Positions 47,784 through 57,689 of a stretch of DNA of 64,000 nt are shown in pieces (positions within the stretch are counted from its first letter, which is position 1; the number at the start of each line of letters is the position of its first letter). Source of the DNA: Minisyncoccota bacterium. Its GTDB lineage: Bacteria; Patescibacteriota; Minisyncoccia; UBA6257; JAGOQP01. The notes under the pieces are model-generated. The model saw nothing but the letters and a program-made list of their open reading frames with translations. It had not been told where the DNA came from and made no database searches. The DNA lies in NCBI GenBank assembly GCA_041665445.1, contig JBAYIV010000002.1:5836-69835 (forward strand). Direction: 5' to 3'. Made by a program: the position numbers and the translations under genes.

Positions 47784-48362
47784 CTACCAAACAAACGGGA
47801 TCAATGCTTTGGTGCGTTTTTTGTATTCCGGATATGTGTCTGGAAATTGCTCAGTCATCATTTGTTCTTCGACTGAAATTCTTCTCACAAAAACCATCAC
47901 CCCAATCACCAACGGGATAAGCCATATATATCCAACGGTTAATCCGGTGCCCACCATAGCCAATAACATTCCGGTATAAATCGGATGACGGACAAATCGA
48001 TACGGCCCAGACGTGACCAGCTCATGATTTTCTTTTAGCGTCGGATGCGAGCTCCAATTCTTACCTAAATGGAAACGCGCCCAGATCGCAAAGACAATGC
48101 CTAGGGCGCACAGGACTGCGCCAATTTCCGTGGCAGTACTTCCCATCGTATTGAACCTAGCCACAAAGACACGGCTGATACTGGAAAAGTGAAAAATGGC
48201 AATCAAAATAACCACCAGTGCAATTGCCAAACGAACGGCGTAAATCCAACCGCTCCACCAGATGCTTTTGGTAACGTCTTTTTTCGCACCAATGGCGGCA
48301 ACCGCCCAGTAGCCAATAAAGACCAGCCAAGAGATTAAGATTATCCAATAGAAAATCGTCAT
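47784..48362 (-). CDS. ICMT/PEMT-family membrane methyltransferase
   Basis: TSGPYRFVRHPIYTGMLLAMVGTGL and C-terminal EE...L motif typical of isoprenylcysteine carboxyl methyltransferase-like enzymes. Confidence 0.7.
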   Translation of the reverse strand: MTIFYWIILISWLVFIGYWAVAAIGAKKDVTKSIWWSGWIYAVRLAIALVVILIAIFHFSSISRVFVARFNTMGSTATEIGAVLCALGIVFAIWARFHLGKNWSSHPTLKENHELVTSGPYRFVRHPIYTGMLLAMVGTGLTVGYIWLIPLVIGVMVFVRRISVEEQMMTEQFPDTYPEYKKRTKALIPFVW

Positions 48363-48832
48363 GACGTATGTATGGCATGCTTAATTGCGACCTCCAATTC
48401 GTCGGGGGCATCTGTCCCTATGCGATACATTTTTCCGTTTCTCATCACTATTTCAACGGCGTCAAAACCGGAAACATTGTAAATCCACATATACGGCCAG
48501 AACCATACTCTCGCTCCCCAGCCGTAATACCAATGATTTTTTACCGATATCGCCGAGGTTATTTCATTAAGGAAAAATTTCTTCTTGAAAATACCATAGC
48601 CGAATTTGATCCTGAGATAATTCTGATCAACCGTTACCGTGAGGAATGAAAACGACGCAAGAATAAAAAGAACGAATGCCATGATGGCGGTGATGGCAAA
48701 ATTTGTTCCGGAGTTGTATGAGGGAGGCTCAGCCCTGGCCGTCATTTGAACCCATGCGAAAAAAACCAGCACGACCAGCATCACCGAAAGCATCAGATAG
48801 CCAATTTGCGTGTGTCGATATGTGTTTTTCAT
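48359..48832 (-). CDS. hypothetical membrane protein
   Basis: 157 aa, 3 TMs; 4-nt overlap with the downstream methyltransferase gene (operon-coupled). Confidence 0.45.
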   Translation of the reverse strand: MKNTYRHTQIGYLMLSVMLVVLVFFAWVQMTARAEPPSYNSGTNFAITAIMAFVLFILASFSFLTVTVDQNYLRIKFGYGIFKKKFFLNEITSAISVKNHWYYGWGARVWFWPYMWIYNVSGFDAVEIVMRNGKMYRIGTDAPDELEVAIKHAIHTS

Positions 48833-48837
48833 ATCAA

Positions 48838-49146
48838 TTATTTTAACTTATCTTGTTTGCCGATAATCCATTTTTGCGTGGCATTCATAGGTTTGTCTGT
48901 GCGATGAACGCAACCACTCCAGCAACACGGCCGGCGCACGCCTTCCTTCAGCTCTGCTATAACTCGCCCTATGTGCTCCCGTCGCGTTTTGTCCTGCTTA
49001 ACCGAAATAGTCCAGCAAATCCATTCGTTGCGCGCCAGCGGCGTAATATCCTCCCATTTTTCGAGCGCCGCCTTATCGGCCACAATGGCTTTCTTTAAAT
49101 CTTTGGGCAGTTGATGCGCCGTGCCGGACGATATTTTTTTAGTCAT
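48838..49146 (-). CDS. YdeI/OmpD-associated family protein
   Basis: LPKDLKKAIVADKAALEKWEDITPLARNEWICWTISVKQDKTRREHIGRVIAELKEG matches the YdeI family pattern. Confidence 0.6.
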   Translation of the reverse strand: MTKKISSGTAHQLPKDLKKAIVADKAALEKWEDITPLARNEWICWTISVKQDKTRREHIGRVIAELKEGVRRPCCWSGCVHRTDKPMNATQKWIIGKQDKLK

Positions 49147-49229
49147 ACTTTTTTATCCTACCAAAAAATCGCCCCAAGAGCGATTTTTTTGAATGCTTGC
49201 AACCGCACAAGACTCACAGCCACAAACAG

Positions 49230-49514
49230 CTAGATATCCTTTTTCGGGGGTCCCCACTGCCAGCGGGGTTTTTCTCCTTTCCAGAAACCGAAAAATAATA
49301 TGAACGCAACCATCAACAAAGCGCCCAAAAGCGCTGCGCCAGGCGCATCATCGATCTCTGCGACATAAACACCAGCACTAAGAATAGCAACGCCAATGGC
49401 CACCACGAGCCACCCTTCCCATTTCACTGGCGTCCATCCCCACCCGTAAAGCTTGGCCTTGAACCAATATCCCTGCGGGTTGTCTTTGAAATAAGCGATA
49501 TAGTCTTTGAGCAT
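49230..49514 (-). CDS. small membrane protein (94 aa)
   Basis: Two TMs; Trp-rich (GWGWTPVKWEGW). Confidence 0.4.
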   Translation of the reverse strand: MLKDYIAYFKDNPQGYWFKAKLYGWGWTPVKWEGWLVVAIGVAILSAGVYVAEIDDAPGAALLGALLMVAFILFFGFWKGEKPRWQWGPPKKDI

Positions 49515-49556
49515 GTGTCTTTATGTTTATGCTTTAGTATTAATTTAAATAACTGT

Positions 49557-52500
49557 TTATTCTGTCAATTTACCACCTGAAATATCAAAAAATCTTTCAA
49601 AGAAACTTGTCAATTTACTGAGAACGCTTTCACGTTTTTGGGTCCGCTCGCCAGTTGGAGAAAAACGAGACACAGGAGGTAAGACTTTAGTTATTGCTGT
49701 ACCGGTCGTTGCTATACTTCCATCGCGAAAAGCATTTTTTACAAATGCGTATGTTGCATCATGATCAAGATTTTCATTGGTAATAATTTGCTCTAACTCT
49801 TCAATCTTTTTCTTGTCCACGAATTTCTGCCAATCATCGTCAACGATTGAATGTATATCAAGTGAGGTAATAAATTGATTGATGAGATCCTTTTTGTTTC
49901 GTAGTTCAATACTTGAATCAATCGCTTTATTGATATCAACTAAAATCTCCCGATTCTTATTGTGATCGTCGTGGTATCTCTTGATAAGTCCCAGGACAAA
50001 ATCAATATTTATTTCTACCTGCCTAATAAGCTCCATTTCAAACACCAAGTCATCATTGATATTTTCTTGATCAACCTCGGTACCCTTACGAAATTCATTA
50101 TAAAGATCAATATACATACTATGATAATCTTGCACATCCCGCTCGGTTAAAATCTCGTTGCCAGTAAATTCGTCAAAAGTTGTCAAAATATTGCGCACTC
50201 GCAAAATCCCACCATAGAGCTTGATAAAATCTTTTTGGTTTTGTTCTCCTATAATTTGCTTACCAACTGGGAATTTTTCCAAGAGCTCTGCCACCAGACT
50301 TGCATACCCACGCACTTCCTTATTGCCGTCTTTGTAGCCGTTGTAATACTCCTCGTATGATTTGAGAAGCACGACACCGCCAGCTTCTTTATCTCCAAAA
50401 AGAGCGATGGATTCGTTCGTCGCTTTCTCTAGGTTACGGAAGCAAATAATGTTTCCAAAGGTCTTTATGCTGTTTAAAATGCGATTGGTGCGTGAAAATG
50501 CCTGCAAGAGTCCATGCAGTCTCAAGTTTTTGTCAACCCAAAGTGTGTTCAGTGTTGTGGCGTCAAAGCCGGTCAAAAACATATTGACCACAATCAGAAC
50601 ATCAATCTCACGGTTTTTCACTCTCAAGCTCACGTCTTTGTAATAATTTTGAAACTTATCCGATGAAGTATCGAAGGACGTTCCAAACATCGCATTGTAA
50701 TCAGTGATTGCATTATCAAGAAAATCTCTTGAGCTCACATCAAGCCCACTCGTATCCTCAGAGTTTTCATCGATCATTCCATCGGCATCCTCCTCATTCA
50801 CCCCGAAGCTATAAATCGTTGCTACTTTAAGTTGTTTATCACTCGGTGCACCCTCAAGTTGTTTTTTAAATTCAGCATAATACTTTTTTGCCACATCGAT
50901 AGACGAAACGGCAAAAATAGAATTGAACCCTGCCAACCTACGATCTTTCAATTTATAAAAACTATTTCGCTTTGTCTTTTGGTCAAAATGCTCACGAATA
51001 TAGCCCACGATATTTGCCAGTCTTTCCGGTGAAGCCAACACTGCCTCACGGTCAATATCTCGCACCTGTGAGTCTTCAATATTCTCAGCTTCTCGAACTG
51101 TAGAAACATAATCAACCTTAAATGGCAAAACATTTTTATCGGCGATGGCATTAACAATCGTGTAGGTGTGCAATTTTTCACCAAAAGCCTGCTCGGTCGT
51201 TTTCAGGTCCGGTCGTCCTCCAGCAGACGCATTCATGGCAAAAATAGGCGTACCAGTAAAACCAAACAAATTGTAATTCTTGAATGTTTTGGTAATAGCG
51301 GCGTGCATATCGCCAAACTGTGAACGGTGACATTCATCAAAGATAAGCACCACATGCCCATCAAAAATAGTATGCCCGGAATTGCGCCCGATAAAACGAT
51401 CGAGCTTCTGAATAGTGGTGATGATAATTCGCGCGTTTGGATTTTCCAGCTGTTTTTTCAAAATTGCCGTGCTGGTATTGCTATTAGCTGCGCCTTTCTC
51501 AAACTTGTCGTATTCTCGCATGGTCTGATAGTCCAAGTCCTTGCGATCAACTACAAACACCACTTTATCCACATACGGCAACTTACTCACGAGCTGGGCG
51601 GTTTTGAAACTGGTTAAAGTTTTTCCCGATCCGGTCGTGTGCCAAATGTACCCACCAGCATCAACTGTGCCGAGTTTCTTGTAGTTGGTGCTGACTTCAA
51701 TACGACTGAGTATTCTCTCCGTCGCCACTATCTGATACGGGCGCATTACTGAAAGTTGATGATCTGTAGTGAACACGCAGTACTTGGTCAAAATATTCAA
51801 AAGTGCGTGCTTGGCAAAAAAAGTCTTCCCAAAATCTATCAAATCCGTAATCGGTCGGTTGGTAGCATCTGCCCACCAGCTGGTAAATTCAAAACTGTTG
51901 CTCGAGCGTTTGCCTTTTTTCACTGCACCTTCACCGGCTTCTCTAATATGCTCCGAACGGACGGTGTTGCTGTAATATTTGGTATGTGTACCGTTGGAAA
52001 TAATAAACAACTGCACATATTCAAAAAGTCCCGACGCCGCCCAAAAACTTTCTCGGCTGTAACGGTTGATCTGATTGAACGCCTCGGCAATAGCCACTCC
52101 ACGGCGCTTGAGTTCGATATGCACCAAAGGCAACCCGTTCACCAGCACCGTCACATCATAGCGATTAGCACGTTGACCGTCCTCGGTGGCGTATTGATTG
52201 ATTACCTGCAAACTATTGTCATGAATGTTGTCCTTTTTTATGAGGTAAACATTCTTGGTCGTGCCATCTTCGCGCGTCAGGTTTTTGATGTGGTCTTCTT
52301 GGAGGGTGGCAGTCTTTTCGGCAATGCTTTGATTTGGGTTGGCAAGCTCACTGGCAAAAAACCGTTCCCATTCGCTATCGGTAAAAGTAAAATCATTGAG
52401 TTTCTCTAGTTGCTTGCGCAAATTCAATACCAAATCAGCTTCGGAGGTGATGGGCAGATACTCGTACGCCTGCGTTTTAAGTTGCGCGATAAATGCCCGC

Positions 52501-52625
52501 TCCAAATCCGCTTCACTTTGATAAGAAACACCTTCCCGTACCCGATCTGCGGGCTTATAATACTCAGCAACAACGGTGCTTTGAGGATTTTCCGCAACTA
52601 GATTGTATTTTTTGTTATTTGGCAT
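49557..52625 (-). CDS. hsdR: type I restriction enzyme R subunit
   Basis: SF2 helicase motifs (WHTTGSGKTLTSF, DECHRSQ), N-terminal nuclease region, 1022 aa; 11-nt overlap with hsdS. Confidence 0.9.
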   Translation of the reverse strand: MPNNKKYNLVAENPQSTVVAEYYKPADRVREGVSYQSEADLERAFIAQLKTQAYEYLPITSEADLVLNLRKQLEKLNDFTFTDSEWERFFASELANPNQSIAEKTATLQEDHIKNLTREDGTTKNVYLIKKDNIHDNSLQVINQYATEDGQRANRYDVTVLVNGLPLVHIELKRRGVAIAEAFNQINRYSRESFWAASGLFEYVQLFIISNGTHTKYYSNTVRSEHIREAGEGAVKKGKRSSNSFEFTSWWADATNRPITDLIDFGKTFFAKHALLNILTKYCVFTTDHQLSVMRPYQIVATERILSRIEVSTNYKKLGTVDAGGYIWHTTGSGKTLTSFKTAQLVSKLPYVDKVVFVVDRKDLDYQTMREYDKFEKGAANSNTSTAILKKQLENPNARIIITTIQKLDRFIGRNSGHTIFDGHVVLIFDECHRSQFGDMHAAITKTFKNYNLFGFTGTPIFAMNASAGGRPDLKTTEQAFGEKLHTYTIVNAIADKNVLPFKVDYVSTVREAENIEDSQVRDIDREAVLASPERLANIVGYIREHFDQKTKRNSFYKLKDRRLAGFNSIFAVSSIDVAKKYYAEFKKQLEGAPSDKQLKVATIYSFGVNEEDADGMIDENSEDTSGLDVSSRDFLDNAITDYNAMFGTSFDTSSDKFQNYYKDVSLRVKNREIDVLIVVNMFLTGFDATTLNTLWVDKNLRLHGLLQAFSRTNRILNSIKTFGNIICFRNLEKATNESIALFGDKEAGGVVLLKSYEEYYNGYKDGNKEVRGYASLVAELLEKFPVGKQIIGEQNQKDFIKLYGGILRVRNILTTFDEFTGNEILTERDVQDYHSMYIDLYNEFRKGTEVDQENINDDLVFEMELIRQVEINIDFVLGLIKRYHDDHNKNREILVDINKAIDSSIELRNKKDLINQFITSLDIHSIVDDDWQKFVDKKKIEELEQIITNENLDHDATYAFVKNAFRDGSIATTGTAITKVLPPVSRFSPTGERTQKRESVLSKLTSFFERFFDISGGKLTE

Positions 52626-53730
52626 ATTCTTTGAAAGTTAAAAGCTTTCCTCGATAATATTCGTATTGCGACCGGCGAGCCGAAAGTTCAGCAGGTAAAC
52701 CAATTGAGATGTCGTTAACGAGTGCATCAAATTTGTCTAAAATGGAAACGATTCGTTCTTGTTCGGCGATAGGTGGAACTGGAATTTTAATTTCTAACAT
52801 CTTACTTTTGGTAAGCTTTGCACGAGTTCCACCTGTTAGAAATGGCGTAAACTTCATAGTTTTTAAATAATGAAACAAAAATCTATTATTCAATTTGTCC
52901 AATCCTCTAACAACATGAATATGGTTATTTGCCCAAAACTTTCCTGTAGCAAACTGAATTGAATAATTTTCTATGCTTGCCGATCCATCCTCAGCAATCA
53001 ATACAAAATCACCCTCATGAGTAAAACCTTCAACTTGGTCTTGTATGTTGTTTGCACCATAGTATGGTATTTTGCCGGCCACGCGTAAACTTGATGCCAC
53101 TGGTCTCCTTTTGTTGTCAGCAATTTCACAAACCTCTCCGAATTTCTTAAACTCTATACCATCCCCAAACGTCAACATCTCCTTCCGATAATGCTCGTAC
53201 TGTTTCTCTCTTGCTTCCAGCTCTGCCTCCAGCTCTGCTTCCAGCTCTGTAAAACTATTAAGAATTTTGACAATTTCTTCTTGGATTGCAAGGGGTGGGA
53301 GAGGGATTTTAAAATCCTGTAAAGTTGATAAGACAATATAAGTCATTGCTGCGCTGTTTGTATGATTTTCAAGATATTTTTTAAAATTATCGCTAAGCGA
53401 AAAAAATAAAAATCTTACATCAACACCTTTACTAAAATTTGTTAGTACATAAGTTCGTTGATAAGCCTCAAACTTTCCAATGTAATGTTTTATCTCGCCA
53501 ACATTAGCATTACCCGCAATTAGCAATGCTTCGGTGTCCCAGCGAAACCTATCAATTTTGCTCGGCTCTTTTGCGGTTGTAAAAAACATATATTCGCCAT
53601 CATCAACTGCAGCATTGGCATTAAGTTTACCTGTCTCGATTTTGCAAACCTCTCCCAACTTCTTAAACCCCACCCCATTTGGGCAGAGTTCGGCGATCAG
53701 TTTTTCGATTTTTGATCTATTGTTTGTCAT
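52615..53730 (-). CDS. hsdS: type I restriction-modification specificity subunit
   Basis: Two target-recognition domains separated by a central coiled-coil spacer containing ELEAELEAELEA. Confidence 0.85.
   Translation of the reverse strand: MTNNRSKIEKLIAELCPNGVGFKKLGEVCKIETGKLNANAAVDDGEYMFFTTAKEPSKIDRFRWDTEALLIAGNANVGEIKHYIGKFEAYQRTYVLTNFSKGVDVRFLFFSLSDNFKKYLENHTNSAAMTYIVLSTLQDFKIPLPPLAIQEEIVKILNSFTELEAELEAELEAREKQYEHYRKEMLTFGDGIEFKKFGEVCEIADNKRRPVASSLRVAGKIPYYGANNIQDQVEGFTHEGDFVLIAEDGSASIENYSIQFATGKFWANNHIHVVRGLDKLNNRFLFHYLKTMKFTPFLTGGTRAKLTKSKMLEIKIPVPPIAEQERIVSILDKFDALVNDISIGLPAELSARRSQYEYYRGKLLTFKEYAK
53212..53247. repeat. 3 x 12-nt perfect-to-near-perfect tandem repeat (TGC(T/C)TCCAGCTC) encoding (ELEA)3 in the hsdS central spacer
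   Basis: Seen directly; analogous to the 12-bp repeat that distinguishes EcoR124I from EcoR124II specificity. Confidence 0.7.
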
Positions 53731-55184
53731 GATAGTAATGGAATCAAAAATTCAATAGAGGTTTTAAGCTCATGGTCTGTGAATTTTGTGTTATTCGAAT
53801 TTTCAGGATGATGGATAATATTCCTGATTTTTGTGGGCAGTGTTCTGCTTTGACTCTCCGTTGAGCCGTCTTTTTTCAATTTAGTATACGATTGATCTTG
53901 TTTTATACCTTTGCCAATTAAATATTTTTCAAATTCATCTTCAAAGTAGTTTTTCTCGTCCTCTAAGATAGCTTTTGCTTGGATAAATCCATAAAGTTCA
54001 TTATGAAATTCAACAGATAAAACACCGAAACCATAATAATTGATTTCTCCCCATGTCGGACTTGAAGACCCAAACAAATCGAACTCTTTGCCTGCCCCAA
54101 CCCTGTTCAATCCTTTTTCTTTAGAATACACATTCATTGAATGAGTTTCTTTTTTGTATTTTTTCAATAAATATGGAGAGTGTGTGATAATAAAAATCTG
54201 TGACTTTTCAGAGATTTTCTCAAGTGCGTCAAGGAGTTTATTTTGTGCCTGCGGGTGTAAAAACGTTTCCGGTTCGTCAATGAAAAATAGTATCGGTTTA
54301 GAAGCCCCATTTTCATCCGATGAAGAAATATCGGCATATACTTGAATAAGTGCTAGTGCTAAGGCTCGTTGCATTCCCGTACCTTTTTCAGAACTTTTTG
54401 TTTCAATACCATTTTCAGACAGAGCAATATTTCCTGTTTTGAAAAAACTCTCAATCTCAGGCAATGAAAAACTAAACCTTACTTCCGTCTCTCCATACTG
54501 TTCAGATAGAATACTTTGTATTTTTTGTTCAACCGGTTGCAGGGTTTTAGCCAAACAATTTTCACCTTCGCCGAAAGTTTCTTTGTGTGACTTTTTAAAG
54601 TTTTTCCAAGTATCAGAAGTGATAAAATCTTTCGTTATTGTATTGATAATCTTTCCACTAATTTTTGTTTTCGCAAAATCGGAAATATCACCTGAATTTG
54701 TATCAGCCCAAACAAACTGCGCATCAAAAAGTGCAGTAATTGTATTATCAATACCAGTAGGATTTTCAAACTGATTTGTCGCAGAGTTAAAAACTCGAAC
54801 ATTGCTGATTGATAATGACTTTTCCTTGCCACCTTGCGTGATTTTTGTCTCTTCACTAGAACGCATTACCCGTAAACTTTTTTGACCATCTGTATCTACG
54901 AGGTAAGACTGGTATTTTTTGAGTGCATCAGTGTGGACAAGTGACTCAAGATCGTCACCCTTAAATTCGATTTCAACTGAGATAAAGCCATCTCCATCAA
55001 TTTCAGTTTTGGTAATTATTTCATTTCTATCTTTCTTTGTGCGTATAAAATCTATTGCCTCAAAAACCGATGACTTGCCACAGTTATTGTCACCAACAAA
55101 AAAGTTTACGCCTTTATCAAAAATAATTTCATGATCTGCTTTAAATCCCTTAAAATTATGCAATTTTATTTTTGAAATATACAT
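53727..55184 (-). CDS. AAA/ABC-type ATPase (AAA_21/AAA_15-like) embedded between hsdM and hsdS; candidate PrrC/RloC-like or abortive-infection ATPase
   Basis: Walker A FFVGDNNCGKSSVFEAIDFI, ABC signature-like region, Walker B ILFFIDEPETFLHP, D-loop/H-loop IITHSPY; start at MYISKIKL. Confidence 0.7.
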   Translation of the reverse strand: MYISKIKLHNFKGFKADHEIIFDKGVNFFVGDNNCGKSSVFEAIDFIRTKKDRNEIITKTEIDGDGFISVEIEFKGDDLESLVHTDALKKYQSYLVDTDGQKSLRVMRSSEETKITQGGKEKSLSISNVRVFNSATNQFENPTGIDNTITALFDAQFVWADTNSGDISDFAKTKISGKIINTITKDFITSDTWKNFKKSHKETFGEGENCLAKTLQPVEQKIQSILSEQYGETEVRFSFSLPEIESFFKTGNIALSENGIETKSSEKGTGMQRALALALIQVYADISSSDENGASKPILFFIDEPETFLHPQAQNKLLDALEKISEKSQIFIITHSPYLLKKYKKETHSMNVYSKEKGLNRVGAGKEFDLFGSSSPTWGEINYYGFGVLSVEFHNELYGFIQAKAILEDEKNYFEDEFEKYLIGKGIKQDQSYTKLKKDGSTESQSRTLPTKIRNIIHHPENSNNTKFTDHELKTSIEFLIPLLS

Positions 55185-55188
55185 ATAT

Positions 55189-56769
55189 TTATTTATTACC
55201 TTCAATATCTGCCACGATCTCATCAATCGCAGTGCGGAGTTCATTTTGTCTTGCGACAATCTTGGTGATTTTTGTGTTGAGCGTGGTGATATCCACTACT
55301 TCGCGAGTATCTTCTGTGAGCACATAGCTTGAAACGGCGATATTGTAGTCGTTTTGGGCAATAGTTTTATTATCAACAAGCTTGGCAAAGTACTCCGCAT
55401 CTTGACGAGCGGTGAAAGCGTCCAAAATCTTTTTGCGATTTACTTCGCTCAATTTGTTTTTGTTGCCACCACGGACAAACTCAGCAGAGGCATCTATAAA
55501 AAGTGTCTTATTATCTTTCTTACTCTTTTTGAGAACGATGATGCAGGTGGCGATGGTAGTACCAAAAAATAGGTCGGGCGGAAGCTGGATCACCGCATCG
55601 ACATAATTGTTATCTACTAAATACTTTCTTATTTTACCCTCCGCGCCACCACGATAGAGAACGCCGGGAAATTCAACAATCGCCGCCGTTCCGCTTGTTG
55701 AGAGCCACGAGAGCATATGCATAGTAAAAGCGAGATCCGCCTTACTCTTCGGCGCGAGCACTCCTGCTGGTGAAAAACGCGGATCGTTGATAAGGAGCGG
55801 GTTTGCGTCGCCCTCCCAATGAATAGAATACGGCGGATTGGAAACGATGGCGTCAAACGGCTCATCATCCCAGTGTTTCGGATCTATAAGCGTATCACCG
55901 TGAGCGATATCAAAATTATTGTAGTTGATGTCATGCAAGAACATGTTGATACGGCAGAGATTGTAGGTGGTAGGATTGATCTCCTGTCCGAAGAAACCGA
56001 GGCGCACATTTTCTTTGCCGAGGACTTTAGCAAACTTGAGGAGTAGAGAGCCAGAACCGCATGCTGGATCGTAGACCTTATTCACTTCTGTTTTGCCAAC
56101 CGTAGTGATTTCCGACAAAAGTTCGCTGACTTCCTGTGGGGTAAAAAAATCACCACCCTTCTTGCCGGCATTCGATGCATACATACTCATAAGAAACTCG
56201 TAAGCATCTCCGAATACATCAATTGTGTTGTCTAAATAATTACCGAGCTTGATACCACCAATAGCCTCCATAATTTTTATTAGGCGTTTATTGCGCACCT
56301 CTACTGTTGCCCCGAGATTCTTATGATTGACATCAATGTCATCAAACAATCCTTTTATGTCGTCCTCACTGCTAGCGCCTTTTGCAGAACCTTCAATGTT
56401 ACGAAAAACAGCAGTAAGAGTTTCGTTAAGATTAATGTCGCTGCGCGCATTCCTGAGAACATTTATGAAAAGCTCACTGGGCAAAATATAAAATCCTTTT
56501 TCTTTGACGGTATCAGCTCGCCCAAACTCTGCTTCTTTGTCTGACAAGTCTGTATAGTCAAAATCTTTCTTGCCAGCGCGTCGCTCGTCGGCGTTGATGT
56601 AGTCAGTGAGATTTTCACTGATAAAGCGGTAAAAGAGTATCCCCAGCACATATTGCTTGAAGTCCCAACCATCAACACTTCCACGCAAATCATTGGCAAT
56701 CTGCCAAATAGCACGATATAACTCCGAACGTTCTTGCTCTTTAGTTTTGGTGATGATTTCTTTTTGCAT
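55189..56769 (-). CDS. hsdM: type I restriction-modification N6-adenine DNA methyltransferase subunit
   Basis: N-terminal HsdM_N, SAM motif VYDPACGSGSLL, catalytic IVSNPPYS; start at MQKEIITKT. Confidence 0.9.
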   Translation of the reverse strand: MQKEIITKTKEQERSELYRAIWQIANDLRGSVDGWDFKQYVLGILFYRFISENLTDYINADERRAGKKDFDYTDLSDKEAEFGRADTVKEKGFYILPSELFINVLRNARSDINLNETLTAVFRNIEGSAKGASSEDDIKGLFDDIDVNHKNLGATVEVRNKRLIKIMEAIGGIKLGNYLDNTIDVFGDAYEFLMSMYASNAGKKGGDFFTPQEVSELLSEITTVGKTEVNKVYDPACGSGSLLLKFAKVLGKENVRLGFFGQEINPTTYNLCRINMFLHDINYNNFDIAHGDTLIDPKHWDDEPFDAIVSNPPYSIHWEGDANPLLINDPRFSPAGVLAPKSKADLAFTMHMLSWLSTSGTAAIVEFPGVLYRGGAEGKIRKYLVDNNYVDAVIQLPPDLFFGTTIATCIIVLKKSKKDNKTLFIDASAEFVRGGNKNKLSEVNRKKILDAFTARQDAEYFAKLVDNKTIAQNDYNIAVSSYVLTEDTREVVDITTLNTKITKIVARQNELRTAIDEIVADIEGNK

Positions 56770-57010
56770 AATATAAATTGAGTACCTGGACATCAACTTT
56801 TTTGCGGTTTTAGTTGATATTTGCAATAGAGATGTCAACTACTTACAAAATGGCTACTTTCTCTTCTTTCCCACGCACTACCCCCCAGAAAAGCATCGGG
56901 ACACGATTGCCTGATCCGCCGCACCCCCCAGGGCATTGCCCATCATTCTACTCCCCTGCCGACTGATTATAAAGATCACAACCAGGCACAGCTAAAAGTG
57001 AACCGGAGAT

Positions 57011-57035
57011 AAAAAAAGAGAGCCGGGGGGCTCTC
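57011..57035 (-). terminator. REP-like hairpin/terminator copy A (AAAAAAA-GAGAGCC-GGGG-GGCTCTC-AAGGGTTTTGTG)
   Basis: 7-bp stem flanked by an A-run and a T-run; downstream of 57068..57436. Confidence 0.6.
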
Positions 57036-57067
57036 AAGGGTTTTGTGCCATAATGCTGGACAAGCGA

Positions 57068-57436
57068 CTACTGTTCCTCGGAGACGAAGAACTGCGCCAT
57101 CTTCTTGATGGCCTCGACGCTTGCCGTGCTGTTGGAGAAGGTTTCCCCATAGATCGCCAGTATCTGCTCGCGGGTCAGGCTGGGATCGGCCAACTGCCCC
57201 AGGTGAAGCTCATTGATTTTTCGCTTGATTTTGACCTTATCCTGCTGCTTGTTACCCCAGCGCGCAAAATCATAGAGCTCGTATGCCTGCTCAAGATCAA
57301 GGGTTGGGCTTCCCAAGTTCTCCGTAAGTCCATTGGGTGGATTTTCGGGAATTGGAATCCCCAGTACGTCGGAGATGTGGTCGAGAGGCATGCCCGTTTC
57401 CTCACTCATTTTCACAATATCGATTTTATCGCTCAT
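57068..57436 (-). CDS. hypothetical protein
   Basis: Start at MSDKIDIV; REP-like terminator immediately downstream. Confidence 0.4.
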   Translation of the reverse strand: MSDKIDIVKMSEETGMPLDHISDVLGIPIPENPPNGLTENLGSPTLDLEQAYELYDFARWGNKQQDKVKIKRKINELHLGQLADPSLTREQILAIYGETFSNSTASVEAIKKMAQFFVSEEQ

Positions 57437-57689
57437 CCCATTCCCCTTTCTGTTAAAGAGCGCTGTTTCCACACCACTCGACTATGCGTTTGGTGCAGAA
57501 ACTTCGGTTGTTCAACCTGAATACGTAATAGCATTTATCTAAAAAAGCGTCAATATGCCTTCGTCGCCTTAGTTTACGATTCATCTGCGTAAGATATCAA
57601 ATAAAAAAGAAAAGGCCCGGGGCATCGATCACTCGATACGTCCCCGGGTCTTTCAAGTTACTTGTGTGTGAGAAATCAACATGATGTCG

